DNA of 55,993 nucleotides, filler included, from Dugesia japonica (taxonomy: Eukaryota): assembly GCA_001938525.1 (NCBI GenBank). It is 4 parts of 4 records of this genome, joined end to end, with 100 filler letters (N's around TTAATTAATTAA, not from the genome) between each part and the next. Parts side by side here need not be neighbours in the genome. Positions count along the whole stretch, not along the records: positions 9,949 to 24,667 come from MQRL01582701.1; 3 more parts are not named here. One strand, written 5' to 3'. The notes beneath the pieces are model-generated. The model searched no databases, was not told where the DNA came from, and saw nothing but the letters and a program-made list of their open reading frames with translations. The translations under genes were made by a program, and so were the position numbers. Below, piece by piece: positions 11,043 through 21,906 of this stretch (position 1 is its first letter; each line of letters opens with the position of its first letter).

Positions 11043-12190
11043 TTGATAATTGAAGACCCAGATATCGAATTGTACTGCATGAGTCAAGGTCGAGAAAAGA
11101 TAAAACAAATACCAATAGTAAAAAAAAATAGCCACAATTTTAGATTACCAGAAAATTTTATACGAAGAATGGGATGTTATAGCGTGATGAAAGTTTTCGG
11201 CAAAACATATCGAAGCGATCATAAGACAGCATTAACATTACTCAAATAGCCTAAGCGCCTACATAGGTTAATCAGAGATATGGCCAAATCATGACTCTAT
11301 TTCTTTAGAACCAATGTCGAACTAGATCAAGTGAAATGCATATACTGCCAAGGAAATTTATATATATGGAGACAAAATAACAAACCAGAAAGAGACTAAA
11401 AACTATCATTCCCCACTTGTTCATTCCTGCAAAATTTGGATGTAAATAATCAATTAATCCTAACCAAAGGCAAAAAACAAGAAATTGAAAATATGACCTT
11501 GGAACCCAAGAGACTTATATTGTAAAATAATAAAAAACCTAGCAGAAGTAGTACTACTAGACGATTTGGAATAGAATATTGACGCTCGAGAAGAAACCTT
11601 GAAGGAAGCACCAGAAATGCTAGAAAAAGCAATGGAAGGATTATATATCACCAAAAAGAAAGACATGAAAGTCATTAAATGCACAACATGCAAAAAAAAA
11701 TGGAGAGATACTTTTTAGAGAGAAATTACCGCAAAACCTATTTCATCAACCAAAATGCTCAAGATTAAACCACTCTCAAAATGACCTACCTGAAACAGCA
11801 CGTAGAGTAGAGTGGAATATGTCAAAAATAGAATAGAATTAACAGTTGATTTTCGAGCAGACAAATTATCTAAAATACTCAAATTGAGAAAAGAAACCAC
11901 AAACGTGTTGATCTTTAGAACAGTAGCAAACAAAAGAAAAAGAAGTAGTAACACCATATGAAGCGTGCCAACAATCACTCAGAATTACACTCAAAAAAGT
12001 GCATTACCAACAGGAATGGATTTTGATGGACAGTGTCTGTGCAAATTGTCTTGATGAGTTTATTCAAGTCATATTCCTTCCCTGCTGACATTTTAAAACA
12101 TGTTATAATTGTGCTCTCATTTTAAACGAGTGTCCTATATGTAGACATGTAATCAAACGAAGTGTGTTGGGAATGAAATTCAAACAATGA
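11043..12190 (+). pseudogene. Inhibitor of apoptosis (BIR-BIR-RING) pseudogene
   Basis: BIR1: LTLLK*PKRLHRLIRDMAKS*LYFF...DQVKCIYCQGNLYIW...PERD*KLSFPTCSFL (~11200-11430). Degenerate BIR2: AREETLKEAP...AMEGLYIT...VIKCTTC...HQPKC (~11580-11760). RING: CANCLDEFIQVIFLPC*HFKTCYNCALILNECPICR (12038-12145). Confidence 0.85.
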
Positions 12191-12290
12191 GGTATGTAAG
12201 AAATGCGTAAATAATTGTCTATAGTGTTTTATACTCTAATTGTCTCCTTATTGTAATGCTCTAAATTAATAACTCTACCTAATTTAGAAA

Positions 12291-13075
12291 ATGAATGACA
12301 AAAATTTGATTACCCACCTTCGTACTAAAATACAAACTCTACAAATACAAAATAAATCTCTCATAATCGTTCCTGAAACCCTAAAAAAATGAAATTAGAT
12401 TCAAAACAAAACGCTCTCCTCAACCTTCAACTCTAAATTCATATCTGCAGGCTGGAAACCAAAATAGAAAAAATTAGTCATGAGTTAGAAATCAAGCAAC
12501 GATCTTGCAACGCACACAAAAATACTGATCGAAAAATCTCTCGACAAAAATCTGGCGAAAATTATTGCTATAACGCAAGCTCGTAAATGGAAAACAAAAT
12601 TCAAAAATGTCGAACCTGAAAGACAAGAACTTGAAGCCAAGTTAACAGTCAAACAAGAAAATAACCAATCTTTGCTACTAGAATTATTCAACACTCAATT
12701 TGAAAGAAACAGACTGGAAACCGAAAATCAGCTACTAATTAGTCTAGCTAACCAGGAAAGCGTTCCAAGGACATCAACACAGCACAAGTCAAGGTAAAGC
12801 TTTACAAAACTCGATGTAACGAGTATCGTCAGGAAGCAGAGGCTTCACACACTCATGAGTGAGTTTGGAAAAGGCAACTCAAGACCTTCACCGACTGCAT
12901 CCCGGAGCTACACGAGCGTGAAAGAAATCTTGTAACCGAATTGCTAGATCTGCGTAAAAAGATATCTTTAGACCTGCTCGCAATAAATAAAGCGATTCAT
13001 AAGCATCGCAATAAGAAGGTCGAAGAGAAACTTGCCATCTGTTGTCATAATAACAAAATTAATAGTGCCACTTAA
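12291..13075 (+). pseudogene. Accessory coiled-coil protein (cassette A)
   Basis: Frameshifted heptad-rich ORF: ...RQELEAKLTVKQENNQSLLLELFNTQFERNRLETENQLL.../AQVKVKLYKTRCNEYRQEAEASHTHE*VWKRQL. Homolog at ~17780-18060. Confidence 0.55.
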
Positions 13076-13172
13076 TTTTGAATTAGTTTATTTTTTTTGT
13101 ACGTCATCGGATTATTTGCTGAAATATAACTATTTATAAGATCTCTGTTAATTGCAATTTTCTTTTAGTGAC

Positions 13173-13524
13173 ATGAGTACGCCTCCCGAATAGCCTGAAG
13201 AAATTCCAACGTTTGCTTCAAAAGTCCATTCTTGAACGCCACTATTCAAAACGTTTTCAGCGAACCCTACTCTGTCATTTCTCGCAGAAGAATAGCCTGA
13301 TTAAAAATCTCGAAACCATAAGTAAAAAACAACTAGAAATTGTCAGTCGCATGAACCTGCAACTCCTCAATAAAATCAATTTCTTAAAACAGTACATTGC
13401 TAATCGGTCTTAACGCTTCAAATTCGAGACATGGTCAAGTTGGACTGATTTCGACGATGATACCGCGTTCGACTTTTCAGATGACGCGCCCGACGAATGG
13501 CTTGATCCAGGAGTTTCCAATTAA
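13173..13524 (+). pseudogene. Small accessory protein with acidic tail (cassette A)
   Basis: TATA-like tatttataag at 13131, ...LQLLNKINFLKQYIAN...WTDFDDDTAFDFSDDAPDEW, then AATAAA at ~13534. Homolog at ~18240-18420. Confidence 0.5.
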
Positions 13525-13587
13525 ATATAGAAAAATAAATCTTACTTAGTATACGAGTTGTCTTCGTTTTTAATCTATTATTAATTA

Positions 13588-13746
13588 AAGAGAATTATGA
13601 ACCCGAATTAAAGGTGTACGAGTGTAAACTCCAAGTAAGGGTTTGGAGTTAACAGATCTGCACCAAAAGCCTTAAAACGGGATCCACTAAGGGCTGTCTT
13701 TTTTCACCAGAAAAGTTTTCTATCCGCAACTCAGGTGGAAACTCAA
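13588..13746 (+). repeat. Putative PPT and start of 3' LTR (element A)
   Basis: Purine run aaagagaa, then sequence similar to 18500-18570, including the hairpin AACTCCAA-N8-TTGGAGTT. Confidence 0.45.
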
Positions 13747-14438
13747 TCTTGAATCAACCGATCTGGCGTCCCTTCATAATCTTTACAATTTATAAATTCA
13801 GAAAATAATTTCGGCGTAACTCATTAGTGCTGTATTGATTATTCAATTCCTTTTTCAGTGTTTCACAATTTAGAACCTTCGACCCGTTGACCAAATCAAT
13901 CTTTTTATGCGGCTTAGTTGCAGTTTCAAGATTTTTAAATGCACACATTCTGACTATAGTTTCTATAAAAATTAAATCTGAGTTCATTGCAATTGACTCC
14001 TTTACTTTCCCGTAGCACATTCTTTTTGAAATTATATACTTCACGACCATGTCTTCTGTTTGCTTCACCGACAAAACTTCTCTTATCAACTTCGTCAGTC
14101 TAATAGCAAAATTTTCATACCTTTCATTTGATTGTTGATTAACTTGGCTTATATCTTCGATCTTTTGCAAAAATGTTTTTGACTTGATATACTTTGAACT
14201 GTACCAATCTGAAAGAATCTTTATTCTTTCCTTAATGGCAATAGATCAAATGCTGCACATTAATTAAAGGAATTTATAGTTACAAATTCTTCAATTGATT
14301 TTTTGTATCTTCTTCCTTGTAGCCAAAAACTTTTTTATTATTGGATAAATTGATTCTTGAACATTCTTTGGCAATGATTCTACAATTTTCATCCGCTGAT
14401 GACTCTTTGTGAGAACTGTGATTTCCGCGTGGTTACCA
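13747..14438 (-). pseudogene. Ty3/Gypsy PBS plus gag fragment (inverted insertion)
   Basis: PBS-like TGGTAACCAC at 14438. Gag motif ISQVNQQSNERYENFAIRLTKL (Q...E....F..RL..L). Confidence 0.7.
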
Positions 14439-15769
14439 GTTACAATACCAACTTGACACATTAAATAAAAAAATGCTTTTTAAAAGTTTATTATAAAACC
14501 ATTTCTGAATATTTAAACAATATTATCTTGTTGTTACTATTGTTTAAATTACACAGGTCTTTAATGTTTTTGATATGTTCATTGAATTTCTCATCTAAAA
14601 ATAGGATCTACTCATTTTTTATAGTATAATTAAATTTGGATGTCCATTTTGTATTTTAATTGTTTTTTGTTCCAGTCGTAATTTTGGTTTGACACTGATA
14701 TAAAATTTTCTTTGATTATTTTTTTTGAATAATGTTCTAAATGAAATATGTTTTAAGTATAAATTTAATCCGTGATAAATAATAAAAAATTCCCTGATCT
14801 GATAATCGAATAATCCCAAAGTTCTGTTTTGTAAAATTATTAGCTTACTTAAATTTGTCAATCTTCATTAAAAGTTCTTATATACAGGGAGTATATATTT
14901 ATATTTCTTTTCATTTCATAAAGTCGAATAAACAAAACATCGAAATTTCTTGAAATTCGACCAAAAATAATTAAAATCTGTTACTGAGAATCAATCTAAT
15001 ACTTTCATATTTTTTCTTTGATTACAATTGATTTAATAAATTTTTATTAATATTTCAATTTTTTCTTGTAATTTGTATTTTCAAATTTTAACAATAAATA
15101 ATTTAAATGCATTACCAAACATTTTTATAAATTGAAATTTCAAAGAATTTTCCATGGAAATAGTTAAGAAATTGTATTTAAAATGAATTTTGCAGAATAA
15201 TTATATCAAAATAATTGAGCAATTAGTTTCTTAAGATTTTGAACAAAAGAAATTTCAACAATTACTTTTTGGACTAAATTAAATGAAATCTTAGGGAAAG
15301 TAAATTTTATTATTATTTCCCGGTTAAAATTTTTGGTTAGTTAAATATTTAAATCGATTTCATATCTGAATGGACTTTTTCTAATTTTCACTGTATTATG
15401 TAAATATAGAAGTAATTTTTAATAAACAGCTTTAAAAGTTATTTCAAAATATATTTTACTACATGTTTAGACATATTATTAGAGATGATCCGATATAATT
15501 TCTTAATCCATTTAATAGTTCTTATAAAAATTCTGATGTTTAATCAATTATACAATCTCTTCAACCATTAAAATTAATTTTCAAACACTCAATAAAGACC
15601 TAGAAAGATCTGTTTCAACATAGAGACTTCAATTTAAAAAAGTAAATAAAAAATGCTAGAATATAAATATTGTAGATATTTCTAAAGAAATTAAAAGATT
15701 GATTTGGCCAGCGGCCCGAAGGTTCTAAATTGTGAATATTACTTGTAAGAACACTGACAAAGGAATTGA

Positions 15770-16720
15770 ATAATTGGTTGAGCACAAATGAGTTACGTCG
15801 AAATTATTTTCTGAATTTATAAATTGTAAGGATTATGAAGGGACTCCAGATCGGTTGATTCAAGATCTGGAAATTCTAAAGTTGGAGAAAAACAACAAAT
15901 ACTTGGGGATAATAATGAACATAGTAAACGTGTTTTTACCAGATAAGTGAAACGTGTGACGTATACATCTGGTAAAGCATAAGATAATGACTAGGATTGA
16001 ACCGATCAACATAGAAAATATCATCACCAACTAGACTTGGATGAACGAGCAATCAGAATATAATTTCATTTTGAAATATAGGAAAAGTAACACTATTCCA
16101 ATATTGATGGTATGAAATGACATCCAATTATTGTTCACAATGTCAGGTTGAACTTAAAAATGCCAAGTCCAAATCATCTAAGGTAAAATTATTTTAATGT
16201 TATGAAAGTTTTCAGTGGTGGACAATTACATAAAAGAATTTAAAGAAGATAAATTAATTAAGGGAATGAAAATTTATTTGATGGACAAAATCGTTAAGTT
16301 ATCAGAAACGGCAAAATCTTCCCAGTATATTAAATATTTAAATAAGTTTGTAATTGTAGACCATATGCTGCTAATAGAGTCGGATGATGAGCGAAAAGCT
16401 TTGGTTGCAAAAAGATGCGTAACTAATTTTATAAACAAATTCATAAAGACTTGCAAAGTTGGAATAGAATAAATATTGTAGACGGAGAAACCAATAGCTT
16501 CTTCCTTTAAGTTAAATATATTAAATTAGATAAATTATTGAGTTAAATGGTGAGAGATAGTCTTTTTGACACTTCTAATTATTGCGAAACTCATCCTCTT
16601 TATAGTGATAAATTGAATTCTGTCGTAAGGAAATTTATCGCTGAAAATAAGGCAAATAAATATATTGGACTTTGAGGTTTTTGTGATATGTGTTTTAATA
16701 ATATTGTTGGAGTTTAACAC
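15770..16720 (+). pseudogene. Ty3/Gypsy gag tail and pol (RNase H/integrase linker) fragments (element B)
   Basis: 15788-15866 is an inverted copy of 13747-13822. W..EQSEYNFILKYRK resembles the RNase H C-terminal motif. ORF 16215-16472 resembles the RNase H-integrase linker. Confidence 0.55.
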
Positions 16721-17208
16721 TAACTATAAGAAGGGACCCTCAACTTGATAAATTAATAAAACTAGAAAGAAAAAAATGATGTAATGATGACAGCAATTAA
16801 TAATAGCTTTCAAATTAATTGGAAGAATAACTTTAATGAACCAAATAAGAAACAATTTCGAGTAAAACCAGAAATAATAATAAATAACATAAAAAATAAT
16901 TAAGACCCAAAAATAAGACTCGTGATTAAGTTTAATCAAGAAAAATTCGGAATGGTAATTTAAATAATTAAAATTATTAGAAACGAAAGCGAAAAATTAT
17001 TTTAAAAAAATTAATTAATAGGTACAAAACAAAAAGGTCAATGACATAAAAATCTGAAAAGGCGAATAATTTTTCACAGAATGGTCAAAACCTGGATAGC
17101 TCTTGGTAAAAGCAGCCAATTTTTACCAAAATTAAGAAGGTACTATTTTCAGAAGAGTCAAAAAGATTAGGCCAATGAGAGGCCATGAAAAACGCCAAGA
17201 ACAAAGGC

Positions 17209-18420
17209 ATGAAAATCATGTGGCACTTCTTACCAAAGTCACCTTAATTCGTCTTTAACCTCAATTGTTAGCTATGGTAGACATTACCCAATGTCTCATT
17301 AAACGGCCCTGATGACCACAACAATTTCAGACAAAAATTATTTTATATTCTTCTAGACTATGCCCAACCATACTCCTTTTTTCTAGTGTCTGAATATGGA
17401 TTGCGACTGGTCCTCAACGTCACAGTGCGAATGGTGTTCCGCTATTTGAAGAACCCCTATAACCGCAATGTGGGTATTTTGGTAGACCGTTCTAACCTAC
17501 CTCCTTTTTGCACGAACAACGTCAAGTAGATAAGGCCGAGCGTTGGCTGTATCAATATTTGCTAGACCGGGGTCAGATTACGAAGAGTATAGCATCAACC
17601 CCAGGTACTCTGACGTCGTCATCTGATGATCATTCTGAAAATTATTAAAAATAAATGTTGTGTCTAGTATAAGTTTTATACACCTGTTTTGTTTTCTTTT
17701 TGTTAATCACTAAATTACGTCTGTGTAGCTGGATTAGTTTGACTACAGACTCACTTTTTGTTTTCAATTTTTAGTGAATATTCCCCTATCACGATCATTG
17801 GCTTCAGCTTAAAACTACGCGTGGATAGCGATGAGGACGAAATGTCCTGAGACGTCTACCGTCTCGCCAAACGGAGATGGGAAGCGGATGTAGCGGCTGA
17901 GAAAGCAAAAATTAAATTTTACAAAATCTGTTGCCGCGATTATTTAGTAGAGACAGAACTCTCTTATTCGCCGGAGACAGTTTGAAAGGCTCAGTTTGAG
18001 TCCTCAGCCGAGACGATTCGAATGCTCCTTGAGCAAGAGATTATTTAATGATGTTCTGAACTTGCCCAAACGGATTTGATTAGAACCCCTGAAAATTTTC
18101 AAGACCAGACAGACTCGAAATAAACTATGCATTCTCAATATCTTTGTAAATATAATGTTTTTGATCAATTGTTTTATTGTTCTCCTCATAACTCAAATAA
18201 AAATTGTTTAACAATTTTTTAACAATTGTTTTATCATTTTGTTTAGAGCCACAAAATTGCTAACAAAACCGTGAACAAATTTTTCAATGAAGTTTATGTT
18301 CTCAACCAGTACATTGCGGACTTAAGCGCCGGGCTTAGTCGTGAAAACTTAGAACAATAAAGACGATGAGGCCGCAATCGATTTGACGGATGATGTGCAA
18401 GTAAACTGTTATTATTAAGA
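17209..18420 (+). pseudogene. Accessory ORF cassette B (Cys-rich ORF, coiled-coil homolog, acidic-tail homolog)
   Basis: CLNMDCDWSSTSQCEWCS; RRWEADVAAEKAKIKFYKICCRDYLVETELSYSPETV*KAQF; NKFFNEVYVLNQYIAD...DDEAAIDLTDD. AATAAA at ~17650 and ~18438. Confidence 0.55.
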
Positions 18421-18491
18421 ATCTTTCGTTGTCGTGTAAATAAATGTTGCTCTGCATCTGGCTATTTTTTTATCTTATTCACTATGTTATT

Positions 18492-18578
18492 AAGGGGAAT
18501 GTTGAAACCAATGGGAGTCTGTACTCCAACTACGAGTTGAGAGTCAACGGCTCTATTCCGAAAACCTAACTGGTGACA
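18492..18578 (+). repeat. PPT, short or internally deleted LTR, and PBS
   Basis: AAGGGGAA (PPT) followed directly by TG at 18500, hairpin ACTCCAACT-acg-AGTTGAGAGT, then TGGTGAC (tRNA-Trp-like PBS) at 18571 preceding a gag. Confidence 0.6.
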
Positions 18579-18593
18579 TAAGGTAAATTCTTC

Positions 18594-19269
18594 ATGGGGT
18601 CCACTGATATACCTCTTAGACAAAATCTAACTGCCACCAAAATTGCTGGAATTTGAGAAATACCAGATTATGATGAATTTGATAGAGAAAAAACTCTCTT
18701 ATCAATATTTTTGAAAGGGGTTAATAATCGTTTGGGAGCCAGAGCCACGAAAATTATGAAACTAAACACTCTGAGAAAAGCTTTTAATTTTTTGAATAAG
18801 AAAAATAAAACTCGACATCATGATAAATTGCGAATTATTAGCAATGGTGTTAACACAGAAAAATAGCAAGAAATAGAAATCTTAAAACGAAGAATAATTG
18901 ATCTTGAAAATCATATAAAGTATTTTGAAAGAAACGATGAAACAGATTATCTAAAGTATGCAGTTCAAAAAATCAAACACGAATTAAAATTATATAATTG
19001 CAATGGAAAAGGTCATATTGCTCAAAATTGTAACAAACAATTGTTATGCAAGAACTGTAACAAATACGGACGTATATCTCGAATTTGTCAAATATATCAA
19101 TTATCCAGACGATATTAAGTTGGATGAGTATATTCTAGGATTAAGACACAAATTTCTAATTCACAAAGGACAAAGAACAATGATATCAGATACAAAAAGC
19201 GAACCCGCGGTAAACAAAACAATAATCAAAGGCAAAGTAGAACAAAAGGTACGCAGACATTTCACATAA
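18594..19269 (+). pseudogene. Ty3/Gypsy gag with two zinc knuckles
   Basis: LLSIFLKGVNN; YNCNGKGHIAQNC and CKNCNKYGRISRIC (degenerate CCHC). Confidence 0.8.
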
Positions 19270-19385
19270 AAACTTTTCACATAAGGAATTTTCAAATAAA
19301 ATTTTTCAAATATAGAATTTTCACATAAAAACTTTTCAAATAAAAACTTTTCACATAAAGACTTTTCACATAAAGACTTTTCACG
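19258..19385 (+). repeat. ~15-bp tandem repeat (AAAACTTTTCACATA-like), about 8-9 copies
   Basis: Directly visible imperfect tandem units at the 3' end of the gag. Confidence 0.85.
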
Positions 19386-19949
19386 TCAAATTTAGAAATA
19401 TTACAAGCAATATATTATAATATAATAGATCAAATAAATAAAAGATCAGAAGAACAAATCAAGCAATATTAAGAATAAAAAATCAAATTATTATATCAGA
19501 TAGTAACATCAGCATGGTTAATGTTTAATTTGATTAAATAAGTTAAAGATTTATGAAATACATATAAGATAATGTAATCACAAAATATACAAGTTAATTA
19601 TTTAAACTTGAATAAAATATTTTACAGTATATCTTGATGAAAATTCCATTAGAATGTTAATCAATATTATTCAAATTTCATCTTTTGAAACAAGAAGTTG
19701 TTTTAATTGAAATAGATTTGGCGCTACATTTATCATATGATTTATATTAAACCAAAATTCTTTATATAAACTTTATTTTTAGAGATTTTAAATGTATACA
19801 GTTACAAAGACAACTAAGAATAAATATATGCTTAGAGATGGTGAGTTTAAACTCTAAAATGTTAACTAGAGTTTAACATTTAACTAGAGTTTAACCATTA
19901 CTGGTTTGCACGAAATTTGGAATATGCTATAGTAGGTTACTAACGAATT

Positions 19950-20440
19950 TGGTTTCTGGCAGCAATGATATTATAGTATATAGGAGTAAGCCACACTGTC
20001 TTTGTGAGATTTTAAATTTAAGTAATATGGCGACCAACTCATCATTAGATTTGTTAAAAGAAGCTGTGAACCTTGGAAATTTCAAATTTGGCGATACCGA
20101 AAAAATCTATTTTGAAGACAACGAAATATTTTGATACAACTGGAACAAAGAAAGGCCAAATGAGTTTGTTTGCAGTTGCTTTCATAGATAAAGAACTGTG
20201 TGAAATCTTTGAAAATGAAGATAAATGATTAGGATTTGAAGAAAAATTCAGAAAGGCTATCTTTTGGCCATCAATAATGATTAAATTTATGGAGGAAGCT
20301 CTAAATAATCGAAGGAATGGAAAGCAAATAAATACCTATAAGAAGAAAGAGGCATTAACAAAGCACCGACATTGAGCTTTCTCGATATCAAATAGATGTT
20401 TGTACTAGATACAGATGCAAGTTTTGATGCAATCGGAGCT
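19950..20440 (+). pseudogene. Ty3/Gypsy PBS-like site, gag N-terminus and RNase H fragment
   Basis: TGGTTTCTGGCAGC at 19950, MATNSSLDLLKEAVN (paralog of 10502), LTKAPTLSF..FVLDTDASFDAIGA. Confidence 0.8.
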
Positions 20441-20559
20441 ACATTCTATAACGATTTGGATGTTTTGGCCGGTATAACCAAACAAACATCAATGCCTGAA
20501 ACAGTTAATGGGATACAAAATTCTTTAAGATCAATTATTCTTAATGCTAGTTCCTGTTG

Positions 20560-20800
20560 CATAATAAACTCGCCATATAATACTACATATATTGGTACAC
20601 CATTTCTTAAATATGATTCTGGTGTAAAAGATATTCAAAGAGTTTTATTATTTTATTCTTATAAATATATAAGTAGAAGTCCTCATTTATATTCTGATGG
20701 GACATTTAATAAAGTTTCAAGTATTTTTTCCAGTTATATACAATACATGGAGAAGTTTAAGTGCATAACTTTTCTTTTATATATGTCTGTGTTTTTGTAA
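20560..20800 (+). pseudogene. MULE/Mutator transposase fragment
   Basis: FLKYDSG...RVLLF...LYSDGTFNKV...F(S)QLYTIHG motif set. Confidence 0.75.
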
Positions 20801-21219
20801 ATCGAAGCATAAATTTATAGATTTAAGTTTAATTATTTATTACACTAATTAGATTTAGTAAAATTACAAATTTCAAAGAATAATAATAATAACAATAATA
20901 ACAGTTTAATTACTCACGTAACACCACACTTTCAAAAACAACCGTCCAAATCACAATGCCAATCAGCTAAGGATTTAAATAACGGAATAAGCAACACGAT
21001 AATAATTATTATTTAACTTTAAAGATTACTCCAAGCTATCTATTTTAAATTCACACTCAAATTATTCTGATTTACCACGCATCTTTATTAATCAAACACT
21101 GCCATTTAATAAATTAAATCAGTATGTATTTACTAAAATTAAACATATACTGAAATTTAATTTCAGTATATGCTTTATCTCTTTCTCACAGATAGGATTA
21201 TGAACAGACATTCAGCCGA

Positions 21220-21906
21220 TATGAATAAAAATGCGAAAAATACTGTAATAAATATAATAACAGAATTTAAAGTTATATTTAGTAAAGATAATAATGATAT
21301 CGAACATTTTCAATTTTAAAATACGAAATAGATGTCATTGGTCCTAAACATATTGCTCAACCATTAAGAAGAGCTTCCCTTCATCTAGAAAGTAAAATAG
21401 ACAAAATCATCAAAGAGCTTGAACAAAACGTAATCATACGGGNGAGTTCAAGTATGTGGTCTTCTATTGTGGTTGTTNAAAAGAAATCTGGAGACATTAG
21501 GTTATGTATAGACTATAGAAAATTAAACTCAGTTACTAACAGACCTATGCATTCTTTTCCAGATAACCAACTGTTGTTCAATTTACTTGAGAGATCAAGA
21601 TTCTTTAGTGCACTTGACTTTTCTTAAAATATAGAAATAAATGACAAAGACAGAGGAAAAACCGCTTTTGCGACAGGAAAAAGTCAATATAAATTAAACT
21701 GTATGCCTTTTGGACTGCGTGGAGCACCAGAAACGTTTCAAAGATTAATGCATCAAGTTTTCAGCGAAGAAAACTTTGATAAATGTTTTATATATCTCGA
21801 TGATATTTTGATTTTCGGGAAAAGAATAGAGGAATTCAATGAAAGACTGAAAACGGTATTAGAAAAGATACAGCAGTCAGGAGTTAAGTTATCTCCCAAG
21901 AAATGA
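21220..21906 (+). pseudogene. Ty3/Gypsy reverse transcriptase fragment
   Basis: KKSGDIRLCIDYRKLN, FFSALD, KTAFAT, MPFGLRGAPETFQRLM, IYLDDILIF, GVKLSPKK. Confidence 0.92.

Noticed and set aside
9741-12090. TGA at three conserved Gly positions (FL*H in RT, AKS*LY in BIR, LPC*H in RING), suggesting TGA=Gly recoding
   Set aside because: The same ORFs also contain TAA/TAG stops and frameshifts, and GGA to TGA is a single substitution consistent with AT-biased decay.
19258-19385. CRISPR-like array
   Set aside because: Contiguous tandem units without unique spacers, eukaryotic context, no cas genes.
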